A stretch of 64,000 nucleotides of DNA from Candidatus Dadabacteria bacterium (lineage in GTDB: Bacteria > Desulfobacterota_D > UBA1144 > Nemesobacterales > CSP1-2), in NCBI GenBank assembly GCA_963805855.1, contig CAWDVW010000005.1:384001-448000 (forward strand). The letters run 5' to 3'. Below are positions 51,799 through 62,027 of the stretch, piece after piece. Within the stretch, counting starts at the first letter, position 1; each line of letters begins with the position of its first letter. Position numbers and translations under genes: made by a program. The notes beneath the pieces were generated by a model that did no database searches, was not told where the DNA came from, and saw nothing but the letters and a program-made list of their open reading frames with translations.

Positions 51799-53517
51799 TC
51801 ATGTTATCGTCTGCACGTTATATAGACTCTCATAGATTCCTTCTTTTGCCATGAGCTCATCATGGCTTCCTATCTCCACAACCCTTCCCTTCTCGAGTAC
51901 GGCAATCCTGTCAAAACTGCTTATCGAAGGCACCCTGCTCGAGATGACAATCAGTGTCTTCTCTTTCATTATCGCCCTTAGATTTTGTAGCACTAAATGT
52001 TCAGTCTTTAAATCAAGGGAAGAAAGAACATCGTCGAGGATTAATACCCTGGGGTCTAAGAGAATCGCCCTCGCTAAAGCTACTCTCTGCCGCTGCCCTC
52101 CTGAAAGAGTGAGACCCCTTTCTCCAACCCTGGCACCGAAGCCGCCTGGGAATTCCATTATCTCCTCATAAATCCCGGCGAGCATGGAGGCTTCTATGAT
52201 TTCAGGATCAGACAAATTAGGGTTCATAAAGGAAATGTTATCTTTGATTGTCCCACTGAATACCGTGGTCTCCTGCGGTATATAAACCACGCCCTTCCTC
52301 AAGCTGTCTCGTTTCAGCTTTTTTACATCTACTCCATCAACAAATATTTGATTTTCGTCAGATTCGATCACCCTCATTAAGAGCTCAACGAGCGTAGTTT
52401 TTCCGGACGCCGTGCCCCCTGTTATTCCAAAGGCGCTTCCCTTCGGTATAGACAAATTAACACCCTTTAAGACCCTGTTTCCATTATAAGAGAATTTCAC
52501 GTTGCGAAACTCGATATCACCCTCTATGTCAACTTCGATCTCTTCGCTGCTATCAGTTTTCATAGGCTCGGCGCCAAGCACCTCATTTATTCTGTTAATA
52601 GAAGCGTTACCCCGCTTGATAAGGTCCACAGCCCAGCCCATTGCCATCATCGGCCAGGTAAGCATCGTAAGGTATATTAGGATCGCAGCAAAATCACCCA
52701 GTGTTATACCCATCTTGATTGCACTTGTTCCGCCAAGCCAGAGGAATATGGCAATAGATATTCCCGCAATAAATGTGATCAATGGTTCATATACGCCCCA
52801 AATCTTAATAAGGTGCAGATTCTTATTTAAATACGTGGCGCTGGACGATCCGAAATCATTGACCTCATCATCTTCTCTGACGTACGCTTTTACCACTTTT
52901 ATCCCCGAAATAACCTCTCTCGCCTTCTCAGTGACGTCAGAAAAAGATGCCTGAACCTTCTCAAAACGCTCCTCTATCATGCTTCCAAATTTGAAAATAA
53001 CGATTGCCAGTATCGGAAAAGGAATAAAGGCATATAGAGTCAAGACAGGAGACACATACAGCATGGCGCCAAGTATAAAAATAAGAAGGAACACACCGTC
53101 ATAAGCTATTAGCACACCTAAACCGGAAGCCATTCTGATAGCCTCTATATCGTTTACGGTATGCGCCATTAGGTCGCCGGTCTTTCTCTTGGAGAAGAAA
53201 TCGAATTTAAGGCTCTGGAGGTGGGCAAAAAACTCGTTTCTAAGACTGAACTCAATTATCCTAGCCGCTCCCATCAGGAAATATCTCCAAACAAATCTGA
53301 AAATAGACATGATCAATGCCAGACCCAGCAAATAAAAAGCGTATCGATTTAAATCTCTGATCGAAGACCCCTTAAGTGTTAGGACATCCACGACCCGCTC
53401 AATAATCAATGGAATAGAAAGCGTCGCCAAATCCACGACTGAAAGCGCGAGGAGACCGGCTATGAATGAATACTTGTGCTCCAAAAGTAAAGAGGTTATT
53501 GACTTCTTCTTAGTCAA
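51799..53517 (-). CDS. ABC exporter subunit with degenerate NBD, BmrC/YheI-like
   Basis: TGDLMAH, LSGGQRQR, Walker B LDDVLS (Asp for catalytic Glu), ISSR lacking switch His. Confidence 0.9.
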   Translation of the reverse strand: MTKKKSITSLLLEHKYSFIAGLLALSVVDLATLSIPLIIERVVDVLTLKGSSIRDLNRYAFYLLGLALIMSIFRFVWRYFLMGAARIIEFSLRNEFFAHLQSLKFDFFSKRKTGDLMAHTVNDIEAIRMASGLGVLIAYDGVFLLIFILGAMLYVSPVLTLYAFIPFPILAIVIFKFGSMIEERFEKVQASFSDVTEKAREVISGIKVVKAYVREDDEVNDFGSSSATYLNKNLHLIKIWGVYEPLITFIAGISIAIFLWLGGTSAIKMGITLGDFAAILIYLTMLTWPMMAMGWAVDLIKRGNASINRINEVLGAEPMKTDSSEEIEVDIEGDIEFRNVKFSYNGNRVLKGVNLSIPKGSAFGITGGTASGKTTLVELLMRVIESDENQIFVDGVDVKKLKRDSLRKGVVYIPQETTVFSGTIKDNISFMNPNLSDPEIIEASMLAGIYEEIMEFPGGFGARVGERGLTLSGGQRQRVALARAILLDPRVLILDDVLSSLDLKTEHLVLQNLRAIMKEKTLIVISSRVPSISSFDRIAVLEKGRVVEIGSHDELMAKEGIYESLYNVQTIT

Positions 53518-53771
53518 GAAATAGACTCCGCATAGTTAAATTAACTAACTGAATACGCAAAATCCCAACCAATATTAACTAAACTGAAAGTATACCATGA
53601 CAGGCCGCTCTGTTATCTTCTCCACCAATGCAACTTACTCATTGTGCTCGAAATATTTTTACGAATTTAGATACATTCACAACATAGTTAGACTTGTTGT
53701 AAGACATGTAGAGTCGCAAGTGATGTTTGAAAATAATTAAGAGGCTTGCTGTTTAGCGGGCTATCACGCCT

Positions 53772-54938
53772 TTATAGACGATCGAAATCTTCGAGACACT
53801 TATTTCCGAACGTGAACGAGTAAATACGAATGCCACCGTTTTTAGGAAAGAACCTTAATTCGTGCGGCTTATCATCCTCTTTTGTGACAACATAATACAT
53901 TCTAGGCTCGTCAATCTTGATTAGAGTTCGCCCCTGGTTATCTGCCATAATATCCTGTCCTCTCATTGATTTTGGGATCGGCAGGCCATCTCTCATTACC
54001 ACCAGCGTAGCAGGCCCTTCCGTCCCTCGACCGAGAACGGAATAAACATCCCTACCCCTATATGTTATCCCAAGATAAGAAACGTCATCAGGCTCGGAGG
54101 GAGTGACAGATTCAAAAAAGTCTTTTGTGTTGGTCCAGCCACCCTTCACGAAGAATCCCCTTTTAACTCTTTTTTCAGTTGGAGCATAATGAACAGTCTT
54201 TTCTGGCTTAAATCCCTCGCTGTTTGCCATTTCACCACCCCACTTCGAGCCGCGCTGGTACCCCACGTAAACCTCTTCGCTTTCCTCTCCACATCCAGGA
54301 CCAAACAGAGGCTGATCCGCTGGCATATCATATTTGGAAAAGTCAAGCTCAGGATGATCTTGCTTGAGTAAAGTTTGAATTTCCTTCTCGAATTTCCCAT
54401 AATCCCCTTCGCCGTTATGGACCTCTCGTATGATCCCATTTCGGTCTATCAAAAAAGAGTTGGGCCAGAAGTTGCTATCATAAAGATCCCAAATCTTGTC
54501 ATCGACATCGGCTATGGCAGGATAAGGGAGTTTGAATCGTTTATATGCGCGTTTAACATTTTTGGGATCAGAGGCAAAATCAAATTCACCCTTATGCACC
54601 CCAATGATCTCGAGGCCATCCTTATGATATCGGTTATACCACTCCTTCAAATGGGAAAATGTCCGGACACAGTTGATGCAGGTGTACTCCCAAAAGTCGA
54701 TCAGCACAACCTTACCCTTCAATTCTTCCATCGATAATCTCTCTCCGTTTGTACCGATCCAGATCGCATCCGTTGGAAATGCCGGCGCCGGCGTACCAGG
54801 TGTCAACTCGGCAAAGACGCTTCCCGAATAAGTTAATACGAATAACATCAGGGCAAGGCTTTTTAATTTCAACTTTCCGGCATTACGGATAATCATTGAT
54901 AATTTCCTCCAAAATAACGAAGATATTATGGATTTCAA
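53772..54938 (-). CDS. Secreted thioredoxin-like protein with DipZ-type C-terminal domain
   Basis: IDFWEYTCINCVRT, IIGVH, WPNSFLID, IDEPRMY, YSFTFG. Confidence 0.85.
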   Translation of the reverse strand: MKSIISSLFWRKLSMIIRNAGKLKLKSLALMLFVLTYSGSVFAELTPGTPAPAFPTDAIWIGTNGERLSMEELKGKVVLIDFWEYTCINCVRTFSHLKEWYNRYHKDGLEIIGVHKGEFDFASDPKNVKRAYKRFKLPYPAIADVDDKIWDLYDSNFWPNSFLIDRNGIIREVHNGEGDYGKFEKEIQTLLKQDHPELDFSKYDMPADQPLFGPGCGEESEEVYVGYQRGSKWGGEMANSEGFKPEKTVHYAPTEKRVKRGFFVKGGWTNTKDFFESVTPSEPDDVSYLGITYRGRDVYSVLGRGTEGPATLVVMRDGLPIPKSMRGQDIMADNQGRTLIKIDEPRMYYVVTKEDDKPHELRFFPKNGGIRIYSFTFGNKCLEDFDRL

Positions 54939-55184
54939 CTTGCATCAGTGGGCTTGGTTCTCCAATCTAAGCCATTTAGTTCTCCATATAAATTTCTTAA
55001 GATCACTGGTTTAATTAATCCAATTATGTTATTACGATGAGAAAAGCTGAAAGATGATTCAGACCCTCGTTAAAATATTCATTAAAATAATACACAAGAA
55101 CAATAGTAAATATAACTAATCGACATATTATACGTCAGGAATTTAAGAACAGGTTTATCCCAGGAATAAGGAGACTTTAGAAGG

Positions 55185-55961
55185 TTGGTAGCTCAAAGCG
55201 CTCTCTCTCTGTTAATTTTAGTCCTCATTTATCAACTCTCCTGTGCCGGCGTGAAACCGACTCAAATCGATGTACTAAAAATGCCACATGACTTTGTCGA
55301 TGTAAAAGAAGTAATTCCATCAATCATTTTAGACATAAGATATTACACGCCTTACAACTTTGTCGGAGAAAGAATCGATGGTTATAATGCCCCAAAATGC
55401 TTTTTGACCAAACGCGCGGCATTTGCACTAAACAACGTTCAGGAAGAGCTAAAAAAATATTCTCTTTCTTTAAAGTTATATGACTGTTACAGACCGCAAC
55501 GTGCCGTAAATCAATTTAGCAGATGGGCGGAAGATCCAGACGATACCAAAATGAAAAGTGAATTCTATCCGGATATTGATAAAAAGAACCTTTTTAATCA
55601 GGACTATATTGCTAAAAAGTCAGGGCACAGCAGGGGGAGCACCGTTGATGTAACAATCGTGCCGGTCCCAACTCCACCCGAGGTGAAATACATTCCAGGA
55701 CAAGGTCTACGCCCATGTTACTGGCCAAGGGGAAAAAGGTTTAACGATAACAGTATAGATATGGGAACCGGGTTTGATTGCTTTAGCAAATTCTCCCACA
55801 CAGACAACAAGCAAATAAATGTTCAACATCGAGTTAACCGACTAGCCCTCAAATCCATTATGGAAAAATATGGTTTTATTAATCTTGAGACTGAATGGTG
55901 GCATTACACTCTTAAAGACGAACCGTACCTCAATACATATTTTGATTTTGTGATTGAATAG
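55185..55961 (+). CDS. ddpX: D-Ala-D-Ala dipeptidase (peptidase M15D, VanX/DdpX)
   Basis: YDCYRPQRAV, SGHSRGSTVD, DMGTGFD, EWWHY. Confidence 0.88.
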   Translation: MVAQSALSLLILVLIYQLSCAGVKPTQIDVLKMPHDFVDVKEVIPSIILDIRYYTPYNFVGERIDGYNAPKCFLTKRAAFALNNVQEELKKYSLSLKLYDCYRPQRAVNQFSRWAEDPDDTKMKSEFYPDIDKKNLFNQDYIAKKSGHSRGSTVDVTIVPVPTPPEVKYIPGQGLRPCYWPRGKRFNDNSIDMGTGFDCFSKFSHTDNKQINVQHRVNRLALKSIMEKYGFINLETEWWHYTLKDEPYLNTYFDFVIE

Positions 55962-56133
55962 AACATAACTGCTTTAATGGAAACGAAATCGGGGTAACAT
56001 TTAGATTCAAAACGCCTATGTTTTATATTGGTGAATAACTCTGCAGCAATCCTATCAAGTTTGCAGAGGGACTGAAGGCACTAAAATATAGATATTATTT
56101 ATCTCTTCACATTGAGGAGGTCTCGCAATTATC

Positions 56134-56670
56134 ATGAGACTACTACTGATTTCATCATTGCTGATTATAACTCAATCTTTGTATGCCTGTCACGAGGGAG
56201 GGCCGGACCAAACGGTGAACAAATTATATAGCATCTATCTCAAATTGCACTCATTCGGCATCCCGAATGAGCAGGAACAGGCCCAGTACTCTCCATATTT
56301 GTCGCCTGAGTTGGCAGAGCTGTTAAAGAGAGCCGATGAGTCAGAGCGGAAGCATCAAATCGCTACTAAGGGAGAAGAACCCCCTATGGTTGAGGGTGAC
56401 CTCTTTACGTCACTATTTGAAGGGGCAAGCTCCTACACTATCGCTTCGTGTGAGAGCAGTGACGAGCACGGGTTCTGTATCGTTGAGTTTAAATATTTAA
56501 ACCCTGGAGACAAGTCGGAAGTTAAGTGGAAAGATAAAGTGTATTTGGTCAAGAGCAATCGCGGCTGGGCTGTTGATGACATCGAGTATCTTGGAGAATG
56601 GCAGTTCATGCATAAAGGGAGGCTCAAGAACCTACTTAAAGAAGTGATTGAGGAAGGTAACAGTAATTAG
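56134..56670 (+). CDS. YbjP/DUF3828-like lipoprotein
   Basis: Lipobox LYAC, EGDLFTSLFEGA, WKDKVYL, WAVDDIEY. Confidence 0.7.
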   Translation: MRLLLISSLLIITQSLYACHEGGPDQTVNKLYSIYLKLHSFGIPNEQEQAQYSPYLSPELAELLKRADESERKHQIATKGEEPPMVEGDLFTSLFEGASSYTIASCESSDEHGFCIVEFKYLNPGDKSEVKWKDKVYLVKSNRGWAVDDIEYLGEWQFMHKGRLKNLLKEVIEEGNSN

Positions 56671-56733
56671 AACCAATTTCATTTACGTGCCTCTTTACCT
56701 TGTTTATTGCCACTGTATAATATGATGCTACTT

Positions 56734-57477
56734 ATGGAGAAAAACAGCAATACATGGATTGGTCTGACACTTTTAGGCATCTGCCTGGCTATAGGTATTA
56801 TCGCCTCGTCACTGCTTGTAGCCAAAACAGTAGAGAAAGTAAAGATACAAAACCAGCGCATCCAGATAAAGGGCTTCGCAGAGCAAAAGATAACCTCGGA
56901 TCTAGCAGTGTGGCAGAGCAGGATTACAACGCGCTCCCAAAATCTTGTTACGGCATACAATAAGCTAAAGCAAGACCTGCAAAAGGTTCTCAGCTACCTC
57001 GAGCAAAAGGGAATCGACAGGAATGATATAGAGGTTTCTTCTGTATCGACAATTATTCAATACCAGTTAACGGCCGAAGGTGTCGCAACCAATATTATTG
57101 ATGGTTACGTTTTGGACCAAAATATAAGTATCACTTCTCCCAATGTTCCAGAAATATCAGAAATAGCGAATGAATCAACCTCTTTGATAGAGGAGGGAAT
57201 CGAGTTCGCATCTTATAATCCTCAGTATTACTACACGAAGCTGGATGACTTGAAGATCCAACTGCTTGGCGAGGCTACCAAAAATGCCAGAATGCGCGCC
57301 GAGGAACTTGCTAAGAATAGCGGCAGTGAAGTAGGTACTTTGAAGTATGCCAGCCAAGGTGTCTTTCAAATCACCCCTGTGAACTCAACTGATGTCTCAG
57401 ACTACGGGATATACGACACCTCCACGGTCGATAAGAGCATCAAAGCAGTCGTAACGATCGAATACTCAATAAAATAG
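56734..57477 (+). CDS. SIMPL (DUF541) domain protein
   Basis: N-terminal TM, KGFAE, YYYTKLDDLK, NARMRAE, ASQGVFQIT; start codon uncertain. Confidence 0.85.
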   Translation: MEKNSNTWIGLTLLGICLAIGIIASSLLVAKTVEKVKIQNQRIQIKGFAEQKITSDLAVWQSRITTRSQNLVTAYNKLKQDLQKVLSYLEQKGIDRNDIEVSSVSTIIQYQLTAEGVATNIIDGYVLDQNISITSPNVPEISEIANESTSLIEEGIEFASYNPQYYYTKLDDLKIQLLGEATKNARMRAEELAKNSGSEVGTLKYASQGVFQITPVNSTDVSDYGIYDTSTVDKSIKAVVTIEYSIK

Positions 57478-57685
57478 GGGATCGTTCCCGCGCGGTTTTT
57501 CATCGCAATCACTTCGTTACAATCCCTTGTTAACCGACAATGGTAAGCGTGACCTGTAGGAGCGGCTTCCAGCCGCGAGGATAAACGCAAGTCATCCATA
57601 ATCCGCGCAGCACACCAGTCCCTGCCCTGAGCAGGGTCGAAGGGTTGCTTGTGTGACTTCGGAATAGATTCGGACCACGCCCTGT

Positions 57686-58000
57686 CTAACGGCCGTATTT
57701 CTTGACCGCTCGATCGATCGCAGGCCCCGCCTTAGCGAGATCCTTTGGTACCATTACCGGCTGAATCTCGATGCTTGCGTTGAACGCGAGGAACCACGGT
57801 TCTGCAATCGCAGGAATCTGTGAAGCGTCCTTCATCTCCAGGAATATGAAGGCCGTTCGTCGCCCGTTGTCGGCCGCGAAGTAGACAGCCTCGGGCTTCA
57901 AATCATCCAGAATGGACTGGATGGTCTTACCAAGTTTTCCTTCCTTCGCAGCCGCGTTGCCGGCCTCAACCGGCATGTTCACCTTTAATAAGAAGCGCAT
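57686..58000 (-). CDS. Small conserved hypothetical protein (DUF3303-like)
   Basis: LKPEAVYF...GRRT, IPAIAEPWFLAFNASIE; GGAGG RBS. Confidence 0.75.
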   Translation of the reverse strand: MRFLLKVNMPVEAGNAAAKEGKLGKTIQSILDDLKPEAVYFAADNGRRTAFIFLEMKDASQIPAIAEPWFLAFNASIEIQPVMVPKDLAKAGPAIDRAVKKYGR

Positions 58001-58162
58001 AGCTTACCTCCTGAGGTTTTAGGTTCTCGGATTCATGAGTGCCGAATAGCAATCAATTATACCTCAAATCCCTCAATACTCATCTTGTAAAAAGCCCAAT
58101 TTCAACTAAATAGACAAAATGAAGGAATTGGCTAAATCGACCCAGACTTGCTAGGTTTATTG

Positions 58163-58190
58163 AAAAGGTACAATGTTAAGCAATGATCCC
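58163..58190 (+). repeat. TGACCC-ended repeat, copy 1
   Basis: AAAAGGTACAATGTTAAGCAATGATCCC, 17 bp from oxalate decarboxylase stop. Confidence 0.75.
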
Positions 58191-58207
58191 GTGATCTTCG
58201 TCAAAAC

Positions 58208-59386
58208 CTATTTGGGCTGCCCACTCTTTTCCGCTATGAACACGTCACGCTTGGGGAAACTTTCGAACAACTCTGGTGGTTGAGCAAAGTTAGTGGCGAG
58301 AACGTCGGCGGGATTGCCCGCAATCCATTGCGACAAATCGATCGTCGCATAGATGCCAGTGTTGAAGCCGATGAGAATGCGCGCGTTGTTTTCCCCAACG
58401 TTCTCAATCGAGTGCCCATATCCCTGCGGGATGTACCCGACGTCTCCCTTCTCCAGTTGCTCGATCCGATACCGGCCGTGGGAACCGAACAGGGTCACGC
58501 TTATCTGACCCTCGATGACATACTGCCACTCGTCAGCAGTCGGATGCCAGTGTAACTCGCGTAAGGCTCCGGGATCGAGATCGAGGACAACTCCAGTGAT
58601 CGTCCTGGAGATGGGGAATTGCGTCGAATCGACACGCCAATCGCGGCCGCCCTTGAACACGCCACGCGGTGGCTGGGCGAGGAGCCGGTACTTGTGCGTC
58701 TGCGGTGGTTTCTTCCGGCCCTGGAGCGGCGGCGCGGGTGCCTCGGGAGGAACAGGCCCACGGGCAAAGTAGACCTCTTCTTTGGGGATTGTGTCGAACG
58801 CCGCCTCGGGCAGGCCGAAGTTTTTCGCCAAGAGTGCCTTGGGTGTGTGGCCAATCCAGTCGGTGATGCTAAAAGTCCCGAATTCGGAGAAATAGCCGTT
58901 GTCGAAGATCAGGATGAAATGGCACGGCTGCTTGCCGAGGCACTGCAACATGTGGCCGTGACCGCGTGGAAAGTACCAAACGTCACCCGGATCGAAGTCG
59001 TCCGTCTCCGCGTAACCCTCCGGATCGATGACAGTTGTCCGCACACGCCCCGCGATGACGAAGGCCCATTCGGCTGCCGTGGCGTGCCAGTGAAGCTCGC
59101 GCATTACCCCAGGCTCGAGCCGCATGGAGACTCCTGCGATCCCCTTGGAAATCGGCAATTGTGTGACGGTTGCCTCCTTCCCATAGCTCTTACCGATGAC
59201 CTTGCCTTCGGACTTCTCGAGGGCAAATTTAAACGTCGGGAGTTCCTTACCGGACAGGATGGGATCTGGGACATTGTTCATGAAACTCGGATCTCCAGCT
59301 ACTGCCGGCAATGACCCTCTCCCCACAGTCTGAGCCGCGAGGCCCGTGCTCCCTGCTGGAAACTCTTGATGTTGCGAATCCGCCAT
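58208..59386 (-). CDS. Oxalate decarboxylase family bicupin
   Basis: Two RELHWH cupin motifs, FSEFGTF lid, YFPRGHGH / YIPQGYGH; ATG after AGGAGG. Confidence 0.9.
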   Translation of the reverse strand: MADSQHQEFPAGSTGLAAQTVGRGSLPAVAGDPSFMNNVPDPILSGKELPTFKFALEKSEGKVIGKSYGKEATVTQLPISKGIAGVSMRLEPGVMRELHWHATAAEWAFVIAGRVRTTVIDPEGYAETDDFDPGDVWYFPRGHGHMLQCLGKQPCHFILIFDNGYFSEFGTFSITDWIGHTPKALLAKNFGLPEAAFDTIPKEEVYFARGPVPPEAPAPPLQGRKKPPQTHKYRLLAQPPRGVFKGGRDWRVDSTQFPISRTITGVVLDLDPGALRELHWHPTADEWQYVIEGQISVTLFGSHGRYRIEQLEKGDVGYIPQGYGHSIENVGENNARILIGFNTGIYATIDLSQWIAGNPADVLATNFAQPPELFESFPKRDVFIAEKSGQPK

Positions 59387-59564
59387 GTTGCCTCCTAGAT
59401 ATGTGCCATCGATAGTCGCCCCCAATTCTCTTCGGCCGAACTATAAATTAGACGGCACAGATTTACACTGAAATTCTTGCTGTTTAATCACCTCAACTGG
59501 GTATCCTAGACAGCAGAAACTTAGATGATTAACAGGGAAACCAATTTAAGCTAAACAGAGTAAT

Positions 59565-59834
59565 ATGTCAAGAATCACCGTGAATCCCTCGAACACGGAA
59601 AATAAGCCCAAGAAGCTCCTTGACCAAGCCCGGGGTGCAATACAGCTCAACCACTATTCCGGCCGCACCGGCGAGAGTTACGGTCAGTGGAGTAGGCGAT
59701 ATATCTTCGTTCATAATAAACGTCACCGAAAGAATATGGGTAACGCGGAGACCGAGCCATTTCCGACACACCTTACCATCAAAAAGCAGGTGTCTGCCTC
59801 TACTCAAAATCCAGAGAGAAATTTAAGGAATTGA
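59565..59834 (+). pseudogene. intI: Truncated, degenerate integron integrase N-terminal fragment
   Basis: KPKKLLDQ.R.AI.L.HYS.RT...Y..W..RYI..HNKRH...MG..E...F.THL.....VSASTQN then abrupt loss of similarity. Confidence 0.8.
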
Positions 59835-59866
59835 CCAAACGCTTGCAAAATTACTAAAATTGTTGA

Positions 59867-59894
59867 AAAAGGTACAAAGTCAAGCAATGACCCC
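59867..59894 (+). repeat. TGACCC-ended repeat, copy 2
   Basis: AAAAGGTACAAAGTCAAGCAATGACCCC, 16 bp from LLM stop. Confidence 0.8.
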
Positions 59895-59910
59895 TTTATT
59901 TTGTCACGCA

Positions 59911-60936
59911 CTAGCGAAACGCCGGAATTACTTTTCTCGCGAACAGCTCCAGGTGCGGCTGCACCCAGCTCGCCGGGAGACCCGGCGGGACCGTAAAGGA
60001 GTAATAGTGAGTCAGCGGCACTTCTTTTACATACGCGCGAATCATCTCTATACAGGTATCGACATCCACCACGTTAAACAAGCCCAGCTCCCGGAGGTGC
60101 TCCGCATCACGGATATGGGGTAGTAACGGCATCCCCGCCTTTTCAAACCACGCCGCATAACCGTTCAGCTGATAGAGTATGTGCTCCACGGCTTCGTGCC
60201 ATGTCTTCTCGGGATCGTGTGAAGCGATCAGCCAAAAGTACCCCCCGCCAATCGTGAGATTGCTCGTCGGCTTGCCCAGGTTCTCTAATTCAGCTATGTA
60301 GTGGTCGTAGAGTTCTTTAATAGGTCCGGTCCCCACAAACCCGTCCCCGTATTTCGCGGCGCGCCGAACCGCGGCTGGGCTGAACCCTCCGACCAGCAGG
60401 GGCGGCCGGGGTTTCTGGACGGGCTCCGGGGCGAGTTTGGCGTTATTGACCTCGTAATATTTCCCTTTGTAGGTGAGCGTCTCGCCTTCCCAAAGACGAC
60501 GGATGATTTCCAGCCCTTCATCGCTGCGCCCGCCCCGCTCTTTTCTGGGAATTCCGAAGCTCTCGAACTCCTCCACCTTGTAGCCGTTCCCTACTCCGAG
60601 CTGGAAGCGGCCTTCAGAGAGTATGTCGATTGTTGCGCCGTCCTCCGCCACCCGGATAGGATTATGAAGGGGTAAAAGCATGACGGCCGTACCGATGCGG
60701 ATTGTCCTGGTTCGCGCTGCGATAGCCGCCGCGATCGGTAACACCGACGATGAGAAACCGTCCTCGTGGAAGTGGTGTTCCTGGAGCCAGACATCCTCGA
60801 AGCCGTTACGCTCTGCCCAGACGATCTGGTCCAGTGTTTCACCATATATATCCGTATAGGGACGTCTCCACTGAGGAGGATTGCGAAAGTCATACCACAA
60901 ACCGAACCGCAGACGAGCGTTTGTATCCATGTTCAT
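59911..60936 (-). CDS. LLM-class flavin-dependent oxidoreductase
   Basis: VWLQEHHF, LPLHNPIRVAED, GRFQLGVG.GY..EEF, PRPPLLVGG. Confidence 0.9.
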   Translation of the reverse strand: MNMDTNARLRFGLWYDFRNPPQWRRPYTDIYGETLDQIVWAERNGFEDVWLQEHHFHEDGFSSSVLPIAAAIAARTRTIRIGTAVMLLPLHNPIRVAEDGATIDILSEGRFQLGVGNGYKVEEFESFGIPRKERGGRSDEGLEIIRRLWEGETLTYKGKYYEVNNAKLAPEPVQKPRPPLLVGGFSPAAVRRAAKYGDGFVGTGPIKELYDHYIAELENLGKPTSNLTIGGGYFWLIASHDPEKTWHEAVEHILYQLNGYAAWFEKAGMPLLPHIRDAEHLRELGLFNVVDVDTCIEMIRAYVKEVPLTHYYSFTVPPGLPASWVQPHLELFARKVIPAFR

Positions 60937-61196
60937 ACCCCCAAATAGTTTTGGCCCTCGATGTTTAACCCAGTTCGGGCGTGAATGTTTCCTATCCCCA
61001 TTATTTCACAGGGGATAAACTTTTTCAAACATAATCTGTTTTGCTGCTACGCGCAGGCATGACAAGCATAATGAATAATTCGCAATTCCATACCGAAACT
61101 AATCTTTTATAATCGGTGACACATCCCGACCCTCAGGATAAAGGGAGAAATTGAAATAACTGATCAAATCGATCCAACCTTGTTTTAATTGTATTC

Positions 61197-61223
61197 AAAA
61201 AGTACAAAGCCAAGCAATGACCC
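61197..61223 (+). repeat. TGACCC-ended repeat, copy 3
   Basis: AAAAAGTACAAAGCCAAGCAATGACCC, 14 bp from SnoaL stop. Confidence 0.75.
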
Positions 61224-61237
61224 GATAATCATTCAAT

Positions 61238-61663
61238 TTAGGTCAGCTGGGCCTTGAGGCCGTCGAAGTCAAACCAGAGGTTCTCCTTTGCGATAAGCCC
61301 ATCCCGCAGCTCGAAGACGTGCAGAAGCCGTAGGCGCACCCTGCCGCTCTTACCGTCGAGTTTGAAGGGACGGCCATCCACCACGTCCCCGATCCAAATC
61401 GTCTCGTCGATGATGAAGTTGTCTCCGCCGAAGCGCATCACCGGCTCCACGCGCTCACCATTGACATCCGCGAACAGGCGCTCGTAAAAGCGACGAATCG
61501 CAGCTTTTCCGCGCAGCGGACCATCCGGCCCACCGACCACCTCGTGCTCGGCGTCGTCGGTGAAAGTTCGAAGCACGCCCTCAATGTCGTCGGTCGCCTC
61601 GTACATAAAGTGGTCATTTATGACCTTGTCCATCATTTCCCTGCTCATGGTTCCCACGTTCAT
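61238..61663 (-). CDS. SnoaL/NTF2-like (ester cyclase) protein
   Basis: DIEGVLRTFTDDA, GKAAIRRFY, LHVFELRDGLIAKE; GGAGG RBS. Confidence 0.85.
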   Translation of the reverse strand: MNVGTMSREMMDKVINDHFMYEATDDIEGVLRTFTDDAEHEVVGGPDGPLRGKAAIRRFYERLFADVNGERVEPVMRFGGDNFIIDETIWIGDVVDGRPFKLDGKSGRVRLRLLHVFELRDGLIAKENLWFDFDGLKAQLT

Positions 61664-62027
61664 GACCTCCGCTCTTCTTTGATTGTTGAGAATTACCCGC
61701 GTTGGCACCCAAGTCGGCCCACCAGCCGGTATCCCGGCTTCGATTCCTTCCAGCGACTACTAACTACACTCCGAGAATGCAGTAAAATTCTCAGTTGGAG
61801 TTATGATAACACGAATCGCTGTTTTGCCCCAACATGCAACAAGTCTAATTACACATCAAGAGACGGAAAATGGAAGCCCCCAAAATACAAGATTCTTGTT
61901 CTGTTTCGCCAAGCTATGCGGCGAAAGCGTTGCTCTATTCGTACGGAACGGGCCATACCTTATGAATCAGGCTTACCTCTTTTTGGATAGGATCACCCTG
62001 TTGTCCCACTCGTTTGGGATCTGTGCT

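Noticed and set aside
55185-55961. Vancomycin-resistance locus
   Set aside because: VanX-like gene alone, with no vanH/vanA/vanRS; consistent with housekeeping DdpX.
57684-57692. GTTAGAC as attC core
   Set aside because: It coincides with the gene's own stop codon and lacks a partner inverse core.
58163-61223. Repeats as a CRISPR array
   Set aside because: Spacing is over 1 kb with whole genes between copies; no cas genes in the window.
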